A DNA stretch of 64,000 nt from Actinomycetota bacterium. Lineage in GTDB: Bacteria; Actinomycetota; Acidimicrobiia; IMCC26256; DASPTH01. Both the position numbers and the translations under genes were made by a program. The notes under the pieces are model-generated. The model did no database searches. It was not told the DNA's origin and saw only the letters and a program-made list of their open reading frames with translations. This document shows positions 26,738-36,557 of this stretch, piece after piece. The stretch spans positions 21-64,020 of the forward strand of contig JBKPCV010000054.1 in assembly GCA_046727575.1 (NCBI GenBank). The letters are read 5' to 3'. Every line of letters starts with the position of its first letter. The first letter of the stretch is position 1.

Positions 26738-27868
26738 CTACGCCTGCTTCTCGTTCAGCCACGAAGGCGGCTCCTCGTTCAGCCACGAAGGCGGCCGCTC
26801 GTATTCCAGGCGCACGTCGTCGCCCAACGGCCTCACGTCGACGAGCTCGAAGCGCCTCGTGTCGGCGATCGTCGCGGGCCCGGCGAGCTCGAACGCGGCG
26901 AGGCCGTCACGACCGAGCACCGTCGGCGCGACGTACGCGACGAAGCGGTCGACCAGATCGGCCTCGTGCAACGCACCGGCGACGTGAGCGCCGCCCTCGA
27001 CCAGCGCCTGCAGCACACCCAGTCCGGCGAGCAGCTCCAGCGCCTCCCGCAGGTCGACGCCATGACCGGTTGCTGAGCGGGACACCGTCTTCACCTTCGC
27101 GCCCGCGGCTACCCAGGCGTCGGTCGCGACGGCGGGAGCCAGCGCGGTGGTGACGACAAGCGTGGGGGCGAGCATTGCGTCGAACAGCGGACCCTGCGCG
27201 GGCACACGTCCCCGCGCATCGAGCAGCACACGAAGTGGTTGCCGCGCCACCGGCTCCCGCGCCTCGCGCACGGTCAAGGCGGGCTCGTCGGCGAGGACGG
27301 TCCCCGCGCCGACCACCACCGCCTGGGAGTCCGCGCGCAGCTCGTGCGCATCGGCTCGTGCTGCCGCGCCGGTGATCCAGCGGGACGATCCGTCTCGGGC
27401 TGCGATCCGCCCATCGAGGCTCATCGCCGTCTTCAACACGACCGCCGGCCGACCGAGCGTGCGGTGGGTGAGATACGGCGCGAGCAGCCGCCGCGCCGCC
27501 TCGTCCCCGATCCCGACGTCGACGGGGACCCCGTGCTCACGGAGCCACGCCATGCCTGCGCCTCTCGCGCGGCGATCGGGGTCGGCGATCGCCACGACCA
27601 CGCGTGCGACGCCTGCCTCGACCAGCGCGTCGACGCACGGAGGCGTCCGTCCGTGGTGGGCGCAGGGCTCGAGCGTGACGTACGCCGTCGCTCCCCGGGC
27701 GAGGCCAGCTGCGGCCCGCAACGCCTCGATTTCGGCATGGGGCCCGCCGGGAGGCTGGGTCGCGCCCTCACCGACGATCTGTCCGTCGCGCACGAGCACG
27801 CAGCCAACCCACGGGTTGGGGGCGGTGCGCCGGCGGGCCGCAGCGGAGAGCGTGATCGCACGCTGCAT
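26738..27868 (-). CDS. ribD: bifunctional diaminohydroxyphosphoribosylaminopyrimidine deaminase / 5-amino-6-(5-phosphoribosylamino)uracil reductase
   Basis: MQRAITLSAAARRRTAPNPWVGCVLV..HAEIEAL..TLEPCAHHGRTPPC. Alternative in-frame starts are GTG 27889 and ATG 27934. Confidence 0.9.
   Translation of the reverse strand: MQRAITLSAAARRRTAPNPWVGCVLVRDGQIVGEGATQPPGGPHAEIEALRAAAGLARGATAYVTLEPCAHHGRTPPCVDALVEAGVARVVVAIADPDRRARGAGMAWLREHGVPVDVGIGDEAARRLLAPYLTHRTLGRPAVVLKTAMSLDGRIAARDGSSRWITGAAARADAHELRADSQAVVVGAGTVLADEPALTVREAREPVARQPLRVLLDARGRVPAQGPLFDAMLAPTLVVTTALAPAVATDAWVAAGAKVKTVSRSATGHGVDLREALELLAGLGVLQALVEGGAHVAGALHEADLVDRFVAYVAPTVLGRDGLAAFELAGPATIADTRRFELVDVRPLGDDVRLEYERPPSWLNEEPPSWLNEKQA
26751..26798. 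repeat. 24-bp tandem duplication at the ribD 3' end
   Basis: tcgttcagccacgaaggcggctcc / tcgttcagccacgaaggcggccgc, encoding PPSWLNE(E/K) twice. Confidence 0.85.
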
Positions 27869-27922
27869 CAGCTCGGCCTCTGCGTCCACGGCGGCACGTT
27901 CCTTCCCGTCGGAACCCCTAGT

Positions 27923-27951
27923 AATGTAATGCATTACTTCAGGGGTGTCCA
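27923..27951 (-). promoter_or_regulatory. candidate rib operon promoter TGGACA-N17-TACATT with embedded palindrome GTAATGCATTAC
   Basis: The only AT-rich patch between the ADH stop and ribD. Pattern evidence only. Confidence 0.3.
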
Positions 27952-28001
27952 GGGACCCAGACGATCGGTTCGCCTGCGAATTCTCCCAGAGCCGGCCGCT
28001 C

Positions 28002-28018
28002 CCCTGCGAACCGCAGGG
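28002..28018 (-). terminator. hairpin just after the ADH stop (no U-tract)
   Basis: Minus strand reads CCCTGCG-GTT-CGCAGGG, 6 nt after the TAG. Confidence 0.25.
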
Positions 28019-28023
28019 CTCCG

Positions 28024-29115
28024 CTACAGCTCGAGGACCGTGCGGATGCCACGGCCGGCCTCCACGTCCGCGAAGGCATCGTTGATGTCGTCGAGCGGCC
28101 GCCGGTTCGTGATCAGACCGTCGAGGTCGAGCTGGCCGGCGCGCCACAGCCCGACCATGCGCGGGATGTCGCGCAGCGAGTTGCAGCTCCCGAGGAAGCA
28201 GCCCTTCACCTGCTTCTCCTCGATGCCGAAGAGCACGGCCGGCGCGATCGTGATGGCCTGGTCGGCCGACGGTGCACCGACGAGCACGGTCATCCCACCG
28301 GGGCGGGTCGCGGCGATGCCGGCCTGGGCGAGCGCCGTGATCCCGGCGCACTCGAACGCGTAGTCGGGCCCGACCACGGTGATGGCACGGGCGCGCGAGG
28401 CGACGTCGTCACGGTCGGGATCGACCACGTCGGTGGCGCCGAGTGCCAATGCAGCCTCGCGGCGCGCAGCGATCGGGTCACTGGCGATGATGCGCGACGC
28501 GCCGGCGACGCGAGCACCCTGGACGACCGACTGGCCGATTCCACCCAGGCCGAGGACGAGGACGGTCGCCCCGGGCTCGACCTTCGCGGTGTTCAGGACC
28601 GCACCGACACCGGTCTGCACCGCGCAGCCGATGACACACACCACGTCGAGCGGTACGTCGTCGGGCACGCGCACCGCGCCGGTCTCGGTCGTCAGCGCGT
28701 ACTCCGCGAACCCGCCGACCCCGAGACCCCGGTACACGATCTCGCCGTTGCGCGAGAGCCCGGTGGAGCCGTCGGCGAACGTGTTGGTGAGGATCGCGCG
28801 GTTGTTCACGCAACACCCGGCTTCGCCCCGCAGGCAGAAGTAGCACTGCCCGCACGGCGCGATCGGCGTGAGGACGACCTGGTCACCGGGCGTCAGGGAG
28901 GTGACCCCATTCCCGACGGCGTCGACCACGCCTGCCGCTTCGTGGCCGAGCACGATCGGCGTGGTCGAGGCGACGTGCGCCACCGTCAGGTCGGAGTGGC
29001 AGATGCCGCAGTGCGACACCTTGACCCTCACGTACCCCGGACCAGGGTCGTCGATCTTGACGGTGTCGTCGATGACGAACGGTTCGTTCGCAGCCTCGAG
29101 CACTGCGGCGCGCAC
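28024..29115 (-). CDS. zinc-dependent alcohol dehydrogenase (class III / NDMA-dependent-like)
   Basis: VSHCGICHSDL, GHEAAGVV, GLGGIGQSVVQGA Rossmann motif. Confidence 0.9.
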   Translation of the reverse strand: MRAAVLEAANEPFVIDDTVKIDDPGPGYVRVKVSHCGICHSDLTVAHVASTTPIVLGHEAAGVVDAVGNGVTSLTPGDQVVLTPIAPCGQCYFCLRGEAGCCVNNRAILTNTFADGSTGLSRNGEIVYRGLGVGGFAEYALTTETGAVRVPDDVPLDVVCVIGCAVQTGVGAVLNTAKVEPGATVLVLGLGGIGQSVVQGARVAGASRIIASDPIAARREAALALGATDVVDPDRDDVASRARAITVVGPDYAFECAGITALAQAGIAATRPGGMTVLVGAPSADQAITIAPAVLFGIEEKQVKGCFLGSCNSLRDIPRMVGLWRAGQLDLDGLITNRRPLDDINDAFADVEAGRGIRTVLEL

Positions 29116-29127
29116 GGCACTCCCCTC

Positions 29128-30801
29128 TCAGCGCCAGCGCTTCGAAGAGCGCACGACGTGACCGGGGCGGGCCTTGCCGTTGACACGCGCGCCGTCGACC
29201 TGCACCGGCGTGCCGTTCACGACGACGTGGCGCATGCCGGTGGGTTGGTCGGCCGTCAATCGCTCGGCGTCGGCCGGGAAGTCGCGCACCCTGCGGAGCG
29301 GCCCCGGCGCGACGGTCTTCGGGTCGAACACCGTGACGTCCGCCCACGCGCCTTCCCGTAAGTAGCCGCGGTCAGTGAGCCCGAGGAAGTCGGCCTGCGT
29401 GCCGGTGAGCTTGCGCACCGCGGTCTCGATGGGCATGAGGTCGCGGTCGCGCACCCAGTTCCCGAGGAAGTCGGTGGGCTCCGGAGCATCGCAGAGCTGG
29501 CCGACGTGCGCGCCGGCATCGGACAGCCCGAGCGTGCAGTGCTCGTCGACGAGCAGCTTCGCGACCTCGTCGGCGTCGTCGTTGAGCACGACCGTGCGCA
29601 CGCGGAGCTCGAGGTCGGGCTCCTCGAGCGCGAGGTCGAGCATGGCGTCGAACGGCTTCTGGCCGCGATCGGCCGCGACGTCGGGGAGCGGGCGCTCCAG
29701 CAGCTCGGGATGCTTCGTGCTGGCCACGATCGTGTACTTGTTCCAGTCGGGTACGCCGAAGCCCGCACGTCCCTCCCACGCGGCCTGTGTCCGCGCCCGC
29801 CACTCGGGGTCGGCGTACGCACGCCGGCGGTCGTCGAGCGACCCGGCCATCAGCTCCGCGAACTCCGGGCTCAGGTTGAGCATGAACGGCGATGCGAGCG
29901 TCATCGCGAACATCAGCGGTCGCGGGCTCACCTGCGGCCACACTTCGGCGCCGCGCGCCCACCCCTCGTTGTTGATCTCGACGCTCCGGCGGTGACCACC
30001 CTGCGAGCTCGTGAGGAGCGCGCCATACGTGAACGGCACCCCGACACGCGGTTGCAGGTCGTACAGGTCGTCGATGCGGCACTGATCGCCCGGCGCGATC
30101 GCGAACACGCCACGTCCGGCGTCGCGCAGCGCGTCGAGGAGCGCGTCGAGCTCTTTGCGCTCGGCGAACCGGCTCGGGACCGGGAGGCCGTCGACGCCAC
30201 GGTGCGTCATCGCGAAGCTGGTCGCGAAGCCGGCGGCGCCCGCCTCCATCGCCTCACGCAACACGGCCTGCATCTCGATGATCTCGTCGTCGGTCGCGGC
30301 GCGCTCGTAGGCGGCGTCGCCCATGACGAACAGCCGGAGCGCAGTGTGGCCGATGTACGCGGCGAAGTTCATCGCGGTGCCGCGCCGTTCGACCGACGCG
30401 AGGTACTCGGGAAAGGTGGAGAAGTCCCACGGGATCCCGGCGCCGAGAGTGTCGACGTTCATGTCCTCGACGTTCTCGAGCGTGCGGGCGATCACGTCGT
30501 GGTGCTCCGTTCGCGTCGGCGCAATCGAGAACCCGCAGTTGCCGGCGACGACCGTCGTGACGCCGTGGAAGCACGACGGTGTGAGCGCGGGGTCCCAGAA
30601 GACCTGCGCGTCGTAGTGCGTGTGGATGTCGATGAAACCGGGAGCGACGATGTGGTCGCCGGCGTCGAGCACGCGCTCGCCGTCGAGGTTCGGGCCGATT
30701 CCCACGATCGTGCCGTCGACGATCGCGACGTCGGCGCGCACCCCGGCGCCGCCGGTGCCGTCGACCACGGTGCCGCCCTTGATGACGAGATCGGCGCTCA
30801 T
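29128..30801 (-). CDS. amidohydrolase, N-acyl-D-amino-acid deacylase (D-aminoacylase) family
   Basis: LVIKGGTVVDGTG..VAPGFIDIHTHYDAQVFWDP, 557 aa. Confidence 0.85.
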   Translation of the reverse strand: MSADLVIKGGTVVDGTGGAGVRADVAIVDGTIVGIGPNLDGERVLDAGDHIVAPGFIDIHTHYDAQVFWDPALTPSCFHGVTTVVAGNCGFSIAPTRTEHHDVIARTLENVEDMNVDTLGAGIPWDFSTFPEYLASVERRGTAMNFAAYIGHTALRLFVMGDAAYERAATDDEIIEMQAVLREAMEAGAAGFATSFAMTHRGVDGLPVPSRFAERKELDALLDALRDAGRGVFAIAPGDQCRIDDLYDLQPRVGVPFTYGALLTSSQGGHRRSVEINNEGWARGAEVWPQVSPRPLMFAMTLASPFMLNLSPEFAELMAGSLDDRRRAYADPEWRARTQAAWEGRAGFGVPDWNKYTIVASTKHPELLERPLPDVAADRGQKPFDAMLDLALEEPDLELRVRTVVLNDDADEVAKLLVDEHCTLGLSDAGAHVGQLCDAPEPTDFLGNWVRDRDLMPIETAVRKLTGTQADFLGLTDRGYLREGAWADVTVFDPKTVAPGPLRRVRDFPADAERLTADQPTGMRHVVVNGTPVQVDGARVNGKARPGHVVRSSKRWR

Positions 30802-30828
30802 GAGACCTCCGTTCGACGCCTTCGAGTA

Positions 30829-31314
30829 TCAGTGTGGACGCCCGCCCGCGAGCAGGTCCAGCGCGTGGGGGATCGCGGGCAGGATCACTTCGATGCACTC
30901 GAGCGCACCGTTGCTCGAGCCGGGCAGGTTGCACACGAGTGCCTGACCGACGGTGCCGCACAGCCCCCGCGACAGCATGCCGAAGGGCATACCGGGCGCG
31001 TCGCTCGCCCGCCGCATCGCCTCCGCCATGCCCGGCGCCTCACGCTCGAGGACCATGCGGGTTCCCTCCGGGGTGAGGTCGCGTGGACCGAACCCGGTGC
31101 CACCGGTCGTGACCACGAGCCCGGCGAACCCGGCGGTGAGGCGGCGGAGCTCCCGGGCGACCTCGTCGACGCCGTCCGGGGTCACCGCGTGCTCGAGCAC
31201 GTCGAACGCCGCCTCGGTGAGACGCGCCGCGATCTTCGGGCCGGCGTTGTCGGTGCGCGTACCGGCGACGACGCCGTCGGACACGACGAGCACCTTCGCC
31301 GCCAGCGTGCTCAC
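30829..31314 (-). CDS. mog: molybdenum cofactor biosynthesis protein MogA/MoaB family
   Basis: VLVVSDGV..GLVVTTGGTGFGPRDLTPE. The GTG start forms a GTGA overlap with the rpe stop. Confidence 0.85.
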   Translation of the reverse strand: MSTLAAKVLVVSDGVVAGTRTDNAGPKIAARLTEAAFDVLEHAVTPDGVDEVARELRRLTAGFAGLVVTTGGTGFGPRDLTPEGTRMVLEREAPGMAEAMRRASDAPGMPFGMLSRGLCGTVGQALVCNLPGSSNGALECIEVILPAIPHALDLLAGGRPH

Positions 31315-31979
31315 CGGTGGACCGCCGCCTCGGCCACCGCCCGGATCTCCCGCGCGGCTGCGAGCGGGTCGGGAGCACCGAAGATCGCGCTGCCGGCCAC
31401 GAGGATGTCGACACCGGCGGCGGCCGCCCGGGGGGCGGTCTCGACGTTGATCCCACCGTCGATCTCGAGCTCGACGTCGAGCCCGCGTTCGTCGATCTCC
31501 TTGCGCACCATGCGCACCTTGTCGAGCGCGTCGGGGATGAACGGCTGCCCACCCCAACCTGGGTGCACGCTCATCACCAGCAGCAGGTCGATGTCGGCCA
31601 GATACGGGAGCACCGCGTCGACGGGCGTCTCGGGGTTGAGCACGAGACCCACACCCAACTCACGGTCGCGCAGCTCACGGAAGAGCGTCCGCGGATCGCC
31701 GAGCTCGATGTGCACGATGCAGCGGTCGGCCCCGGCTTCGGTGAAGTCGTCGAGGAGGACCTGCGGGTTGTCGACCATGAGGTGACAGTCGAGGAACAGC
31801 TCGGTGTGCTTGCGCAATGCCTGCACCACGGGCGGACCGATGGTGAGGTTCGGCACGAAGTGGCCGTCCATCACGTCGACGTGCAAGAGGTCGGCGGCGT
31901 CGGCCACGCGGTCGACCTCCGCACCGAGCTGCGCGAAGTCGGCGGAGAGGATCGACGGCGACAGTTTCACCGTCGTCAC
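31311..31979 (-). CDS. rpe: ribulose-phosphate 3-epimerase
   Basis: LSPSILSADFAQLG..LHVDVMDGHFVPNLTIGPP..MSVHPGWGGQPF. Confidence 0.95.
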   Translation of the reverse strand: MTTVKLSPSILSADFAQLGAEVDRVADAADLLHVDVMDGHFVPNLTIGPPVVQALRKHTELFLDCHLMVDNPQVLLDDFTEAGADRCIVHIELGDPRTLFRELRDRELGVGLVLNPETPVDAVLPYLADIDLLLVMSVHPGWGGQPFIPDALDKVRMVRKEIDERGLDVELEIDGGINVETAPRAAAAGVDILVAGSAIFGAPDPLAAAREIRAVAEAAVHR

Positions 31980-32018
31980 CGTACCCGCCGCATCCGCTCG
32001 GTCGGCGCGTCGCCGGGG

Positions 32019-33305
32019 CTACTCCTCCATTCGCCGCAGCGCGAGCACGAACATTCCGTCCGTACCCGCAGTCTGTGGGAGCAGCAGCGCACCCCGGCCG
32101 CGCGGCTGCCACGGTGTGCCGGGTGGCGGGAGCGCATCGAAGGATGCGAGGTGCTCCGCCGCCCACGCGTCGACGTCGGCCGTCTCGGCTCGGGTCAGCG
32201 TGCAGACCGAGTACAGAAGGACTCCGCCGGGTCGCACGACCGTCGCGGCCGCCGCGAGCAGCTCACGTTGGAGTGCGGCGAGCTCGTCGATCGACGTCTC
32301 GGTGACACGCCAACGGGCGTCCGGACGCCGACGGAGGACGCCGAGGCCGCTGCACGGGGCGTCGAGCAGCACGCGGTCGAACGGTGCATCGCACACCGGC
32401 GGCGCACGGCCGTCGGCGACGACCGGATGCACGTTGCGCAGCGCGAGCCGCGCGGATGCGTCTGCCACGAGCCGCACGCGCCCGGCGTCGATGTCGAACG
32501 CGACGACCTCACCGTCGGCACCGACGCGCTCGGCGGCGGCAGTGGCCTTCCCGCCGGGCGCGGCGGCGACGTCGGCGATCCGTTCGTGCGGTTGGGGGTC
32601 GAGGAACGCTACGAGCGCCTGGCTCGCCTGGTCCTGTGGTGTCGCCCGTCCCCGTTGGACGGCAGCGGCCACGGTGGGGTCACCGATGCCGCGAACCACG
32701 AGCGCGTCTCGAACCAGCGCGCCGCGCTCGACCTGCGCCCCTCCTTGCACGAGCTCCGTCGCGACCGCCTCCGGTGTCTCAGTACGCAGCGTGACCGCGG
32801 CAGGCTCGTTCATCGCGACCAGCGCGGCGCGCGCATCCGCCGCGCCGAGGTCCTGTGTCATACGGGCGACGAGCCAGTCGGGGTACGAGAGCGCGATGGC
32901 ATCGCTCGGGGCCTCCGGCCACGGTGGCCCGAGACGCGTCAGACCGCGCAGTACCGCGTTGACGAAGCCCGTCGCGCGCCGCGAGCGAGCCGCCAGCGCG
33001 TCGACCGTCTCCGAGACCGCGGCGTGCGGCGACACGTCATGGAGGAGCTGGTAGGCGCCGAGCCGGAGTGCGGCGCGCACGGGCCGATCCAGCCGGTGCA
33101 CGGGGCGCGTGGAGACGCGCCCGATCAGATCGTCGAGTCGCCGTTGCGCGCGCACGGTGCCGTACACCAGGTTGGTGACGAACGCGCGGTCGCGATCGCG
33201 CAGACGCGAGCCCCGCAACATGACGGGAAGCAGGACATGCGCGTATGCGCCGTCCTCGATGCGAACGAGCGCGTCGAGCGCGACGAGTCGCGGCGACGCG
33301 CTCAC
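32019..33305 (-). CDS. rsmB: 16S rRNA (cytosine-C5)-methyltransferase RsmB/Sun family
   Basis: NusB-like N-domain, then DVAAAPGGKA and DRVLLDAPCSGLGVLRRRPD. GTG 33305 forms a GTGA overlap with the fmt stop (the ORF-track start is 33323). Confidence 0.88.
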   Translation of the reverse strand: MSASPRLVALDALVRIEDGAYAHVLLPVMLRGSRLRDRDRAFVTNLVYGTVRAQRRLDDLIGRVSTRPVHRLDRPVRAALRLGAYQLLHDVSPHAAVSETVDALAARSRRATGFVNAVLRGLTRLGPPWPEAPSDAIALSYPDWLVARMTQDLGAADARAALVAMNEPAAVTLRTETPEAVATELVQGGAQVERGALVRDALVVRGIGDPTVAAAVQRGRATPQDQASQALVAFLDPQPHERIADVAAAPGGKATAAAERVGADGEVVAFDIDAGRVRLVADASARLALRNVHPVVADGRAPPVCDAPFDRVLLDAPCSGLGVLRRRPDARWRVTETSIDELAALQRELLAAAATVVRPGGVLLYSVCTLTRAETADVDAWAAEHLASFDALPPPGTPWQPRGRGALLLPQTAGTDGMFVLALRRMEE

Positions 33306-34123
33306 CGCCGCCCGCGTGACCACGCGTCACCCGACATGCGCGCCTTGCCTTCGGGTTGCACCTCGACGAGCTCGAACGCGCGGTTCTCCGCGACGCGCGC
33401 GCGCCAGACCTTGATCCGCTTTCCGTCGACCGTCGTCCACGCGCCCGGTCGCGGGTTCCCGGCGCGCACGACACGCACCAGTTCGGCGGGTGGTCTCGAG
33501 AAGTCGAGCTCGAACTCCTCCACGGTCAGCTTGTCGGCGTACGTGGGTTCGCCGACCTGGGGCTCCGGCGTGATCGTCGGGATGTCGGGCAAGGTGCGGA
33601 GCAGGAGATCCGTGCCGACCGCCACCAGCCGTGCGCGCAGCTCGCCCGCGGTCTCCTCGTCGCCGATCGGCGTCGTCGCGCGCGCGAATACGGCGCCGGC
33701 GTCGAGCTGCTTCTCGACCTGCATGATGCAGACGCCCGTTTCCGAGTCGCCGGCCAGGATCGCGCGCTCGACCGGCGCCGCACCGCGCCAACGCGGCAAG
33801 AGGGAGAAGTGCACGTTCACGAAGCCGAGTGGGAGCGCGGTGATGAGCGACTCGGGGAGCAGCTGCCCGAAGGCGACGACGACGCCGAGGTCCGCGCCAC
33901 TCGCCGCGACCTCGTCGGTGACTTCGCGCGCGCGCTCCGGTGTGCGGACCGTGAGGCCGAGTTCGGCGGCGGCGGCCTTGACCGGGCTCGGCTCGGTGGC
34001 GCCACCACGCCCTCGCCTTCGATCGGGCTGGGTGACGACGATCGGGATGTCGTGCCCGGCGGCGTGGAGCGCGCGGAGCGCAGGCACCGCGTCGTCGGGC
34101 GTACCGAAGAACACCAGGCGCAC
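33302..34123 (-). CDS. fmt: methionyl-tRNA formyltransferase
   Basis: MRLVFFGTPDDAV..VVTQPDRRRGRG..VNVHFSLLPRWRGAAPV. Confidence 0.93.
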   Translation of the reverse strand: MRLVFFGTPDDAVPALRALHAAGHDIPIVVTQPDRRRGRGGATEPSPVKAAAAELGLTVRTPERAREVTDEVAASGADLGVVVAFGQLLPESLITALPLGFVNVHFSLLPRWRGAAPVERAILAGDSETGVCIMQVEKQLDAGAVFARATTPIGDEETAGELRARLVAVGTDLLLRTLPDIPTITPEPQVGEPTYADKLTVEEFELDFSRPPAELVRVVRAGNPRPGAWTTVDGKRIKVWRARVAENRAFELVEVQPEGKARMSGDAWSRGRR

Positions 34124-34163
34124 CGGGGAGTCCTCTCGACGCCCGCTCCGGGCGACGGGTCGC

Positions 34164-34688
34164 CTAGAGGCCCGGGTCGCCGGCGGGATGGGTCGCCGCG
34201 AGCTGGCGGTTCCGGAGCTCCGCCAGGGCCGCTCGTCGCACGTCGGGCTCCAGCCGGTCGAGCAGGAGCACGCCGTCGAGGTGGTCGATCTCGTGCTGGA
34301 CCATCCGCGCGAGCAGGTCGTCGCCCTCGAGCACGACCTCCTCGCCGTCGAGGTCGACGCCGCGCATCGTGACGTGCTCGGCGCGCACGATCTCGAACCG
34401 GAAGCCCGGCACCGAGAGACAGCCCTCCTCCGACTGCACCTCGCCGGCGGTCTCGACGATCTCGGGATTGATGACGACGCCCGGCCCGTCGCCCTCGTGC
34501 AGGTCGTAGGTGAACAACCGCTTGCGGACGCCGACTTGCGGTGCCGCCAGCCCGACGCCTTCGGCGCGCGCCATGGTCTCGTACATACCGTGAACGAGTG
34601 GGACGAGGTCGGGGGTGATCTCGTCGACGGCGCGCGCGGGCTGTTTCAACACGGGGTCGCCGAACAGGCGCAGGACGTAGCTCGACAC
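34164..34688 (-). CDS. def: peptide deformylase
   Basis: GVGLAAPQVG, EGCLSVPG, QHEIDHLDG. Confidence 0.95.
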   Translation of the reverse strand: MSSYVLRLFGDPVLKQPARAVDEITPDLVPLVHGMYETMARAEGVGLAAPQVGVRKRLFTYDLHEGDGPGVVINPEIVETAGEVQSEEGCLSVPGFRFEIVRAEHVTMRGVDLDGEEVVLEGDDLLARMVQHEIDHLDGVLLLDRLEPDVRRAALAELRNRQLAATHPAGDPGL

Positions 34689-34718
34689 GACGCCCAGGTT
34701 ACCCGCGGGAGTTCGCGG

Positions 34719-36557
34719 CTACGCCCGTCGCGGATCGACGTCGACACGCAGACGGCCCAGCGCGTGCGCGCGATTCACCGCCGGCGCGGCGAGCGCGTCG
34801 CAGAGCTTCGCCAACGTCGCGGCGCGCACGAGCGCGCGTCGGCCGTCGTCGACCGGACCAAGCACCGCGAGCCCGCCGGCGGCTCCGAGCGCATCGCACG
34901 CCGCGGTGACTGCCACCTTGTCGCCGCTCAGCTCCGCGGCGCCGCCGAACGGCGGCCAGCCGATCGCGAGCCGCCGGACGCGTTCGGCGGTGGCGACGAC
35001 CATCGGCGTGCCGTCGCGCGCCGCCCGCACGACCTCGTGGTCCGGGATGCGGGTCTGGAGCAGGAGGGGGCCGCCGTCGCGCAAGAGGCGGACTGCCCGC
35101 ACGAGGAGCCAGAGCGCCTGCTCCGCCGCACGAACCCGCGCGGCCAGGAGCTCCTGGTCGAGCTCGAGCACCGCGACGAGCCCTACGGGAGGCGCGACAC
35201 GGTGTAGGACCGCTTCAGTGCCGATCACCACCTGGGCATCAGGGACGCGCTGCGCGGTCGCATCGACCGACGCAACGGTCACGCGCGGCAACAGCGCCGC
35301 GAGGTCGTCACGAACTCCCTTCACGCCGGCTCGCAACCTGCGCAGCCGCGTGCCGTGGCAGTGCAGGCAGACGACCGGCCGTGACGCGTCGCACCGAGGG
35401 CACACGAGTGCCTCGTCACGCTGCACGACGGTCGCACCACAACGTTCGCAGCGCGCGAGTTCGTGGCACGCGCGGCACACCAGCAGGCGCGCCCGTCCCC
35501 GACGATTCAGGACACACACCGCACGCTGGCTTCGGTCGAGACAACGACGGAGCTCGGTTGCCAACGCGTCGGTCAGTAGCCCGTGGCCGGGTTCCTCGTC
35601 GCGCTGATCGACCACGACGACGCGTGGCCACCGAAGTCGCGCGTCACCGGCGGGCTCCTCGAGCGCCACGAGCACGTCGACGGTCGGGGCGGGGGTGAGC
35701 ACGCGCACCGACGCACCGTCTCGTGCGGCCCGTTCGAGCGCGACGTCGCGCGCGTTCCACGTCGGCGCCCGCTCCTGCTCGAGCGCCTCGTCGGCTTCGT
35801 CGAGGACCACGATCCGGGACAGGTCGGGCACCGGCGCCCAGACCGCCGTGCGGCCGCCGACCACGACGTGTGCGCCGGCGCGCGCCCGGTCCCACGCCCC
35901 GGTCAACGTCGCCGCGGACTCGCCGGAACGCATCACCAGCACCTCGCGCCCGTGGCGTTCCAGCTCAGCGACGAGCCGCGCGCCGCGCGCCGCGTCCGGG
36001 TCGACCACGATCGTCGACCCCTCCGCGGCGACAAGGGTCGCACCCACGGAACCGAGATCGACCCCCGGCGACGTCAGGATCAGCGGCCCGTCGTCAGCAG
36101 CGAACTCTGGATACACAGCGCTCTCGCGCTCGGGCATCGAGCCGGCCGGCACGACGTTGGGCGGCGACGCCGCGCGCAGGAACGTCGCCAGAGGCCCAGC
36201 CCAGCGCCACGCCGCCCATCGGCACAACGCCACGACGTCGGCCGGCGGCCCCGCCGACACCACCGCGGCGATGTCACGCAGACGCGCGCCGTCGACGTCC
36301 GGCTCCGCGACGTCGTAGTCGAGCACCCAACCGCGCACGCGGCGCCCGTGCAACGGGACGCGGACGATCGTGCCGACGTGCACGGCGCGCGCGAGCTCGT
36401 CGGGAAGCGAGTAGTCGAACGCGCGGTGGACCGCGGGCAGGTCGGGTTGGACGCGGCAGACGCGCGTGGTCAGGTTACGCGAGCGCTTTCGCCGCCGACG
36501 CGAGCTCGTCGGCCGCGTCCGTGCGTTCCCACGTGAAGTCGCGCTCGGAGCGTCCAA
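34719..36557 (-). CDS. priA: primosomal protein N' (PriA); start uncertain
   Basis: [24 protein letters not shown] and Cys-rich [25 protein letters not shown]. The TTG at 36557 overlaps metK by 83 nt. A CTG at 36473, just after the metK stop, would fit homologue N-termini better. Confidence 0.8.
   Translation of the reverse strand: MDAPSATSRGNARTRPTSSRRRRKRSRNLTTRVCRVQPDLPAVHRAFDYSLPDELARAVHVGTIVRVPLHGRRVRGWVLDYDVAEPDVDGARLRDIAAVVSAGPPADVVALCRWAAWRWAGPLATFLRAASPPNVVPAGSMPERESAVYPEFAADDGPLILTSPGVDLGSVGATLVAAEGSTIVVDPDAARGARLVAELERHGREVLVMRSGESAATLTGAWDRARAGAHVVVGGRTAVWAPVPDLSRIVVLDEADEALEQERAPTWNARDVALERAARDGASVRVLTPAPTVDVLVALEEPAGDARLRWPRVVVVDQRDEEPGHGLLTDALATELRRCLDRSQRAVCVLNRRGRARLLVCRACHELARCERCGATVVQRDEALVCPRCDASRPVVCLHCHGTRLRRLRAGVKGVRDDLAALLPRVTVASVDATAQRVPDAQVVIGTEAVLHRVAPPVGLVAVLELDQELLAARVRAAEQALWLLVRAVRLLRDGGPLLLQTRIPDHEVVRAARDGTPMVVATAERVRRLAIGWPPFGGAAELSGDKVAVTAACDALGAAGGLAVLGPVDDGRRALVRAATLAKLCDALAAPAVNRAHALGRLRVDVDPRRA

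Noticed and set aside
27950-28023. Possible FMN (RFN) riboswitch upstream of ribD
   Set aside because: Only a loose resemblance to the 3' half of RFN (GGGAGAATTCGC..GCGAACCGATCGTCTGGGT). The conserved GGGTGAAATTCCC/ACCGGCGG core is absent and the spacer is too short for a full element. A cmsearch with RF00050 is needed to be sure.
34124-34163. Small hairpins in the fmt-def (GGCGAC-GG-GTCGCC) and def-priA (CCGCG-GGAGTT-CGCGG) spacers
   Set aside because: Stems of 5-6 bp in 70% GC DNA are expected by chance, and there is no recurrence or flank similarity.
31317-35207. 1296-aa plus-strand ORF; similar giants at 42049..45450 (+), 49937..53056 (-), 24234..26345 (+), 29506..31785 (+) and 8461..10602 (+)
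   Set aside because: All lie antisense to, or out of frame with, clearly recognisable genes (rpe/rsmB/fmt/def, carB, CoxL-like, rib genes, amidohydrolase, argB/argJ). Their translations are Arg/Gly/Ala/Pro/Asp-rich with no motifs. Long stop-free shadow frames are expected at ~70% GC.
36475-36557. 83-nt overlap between priA (ORF-track TTG start) and the metK 3' end
   Set aside because: Probably an artefact of taking the longest ORF. Homologue N-termini suggest initiation near 36473, so this is not treated as a real long overlap.
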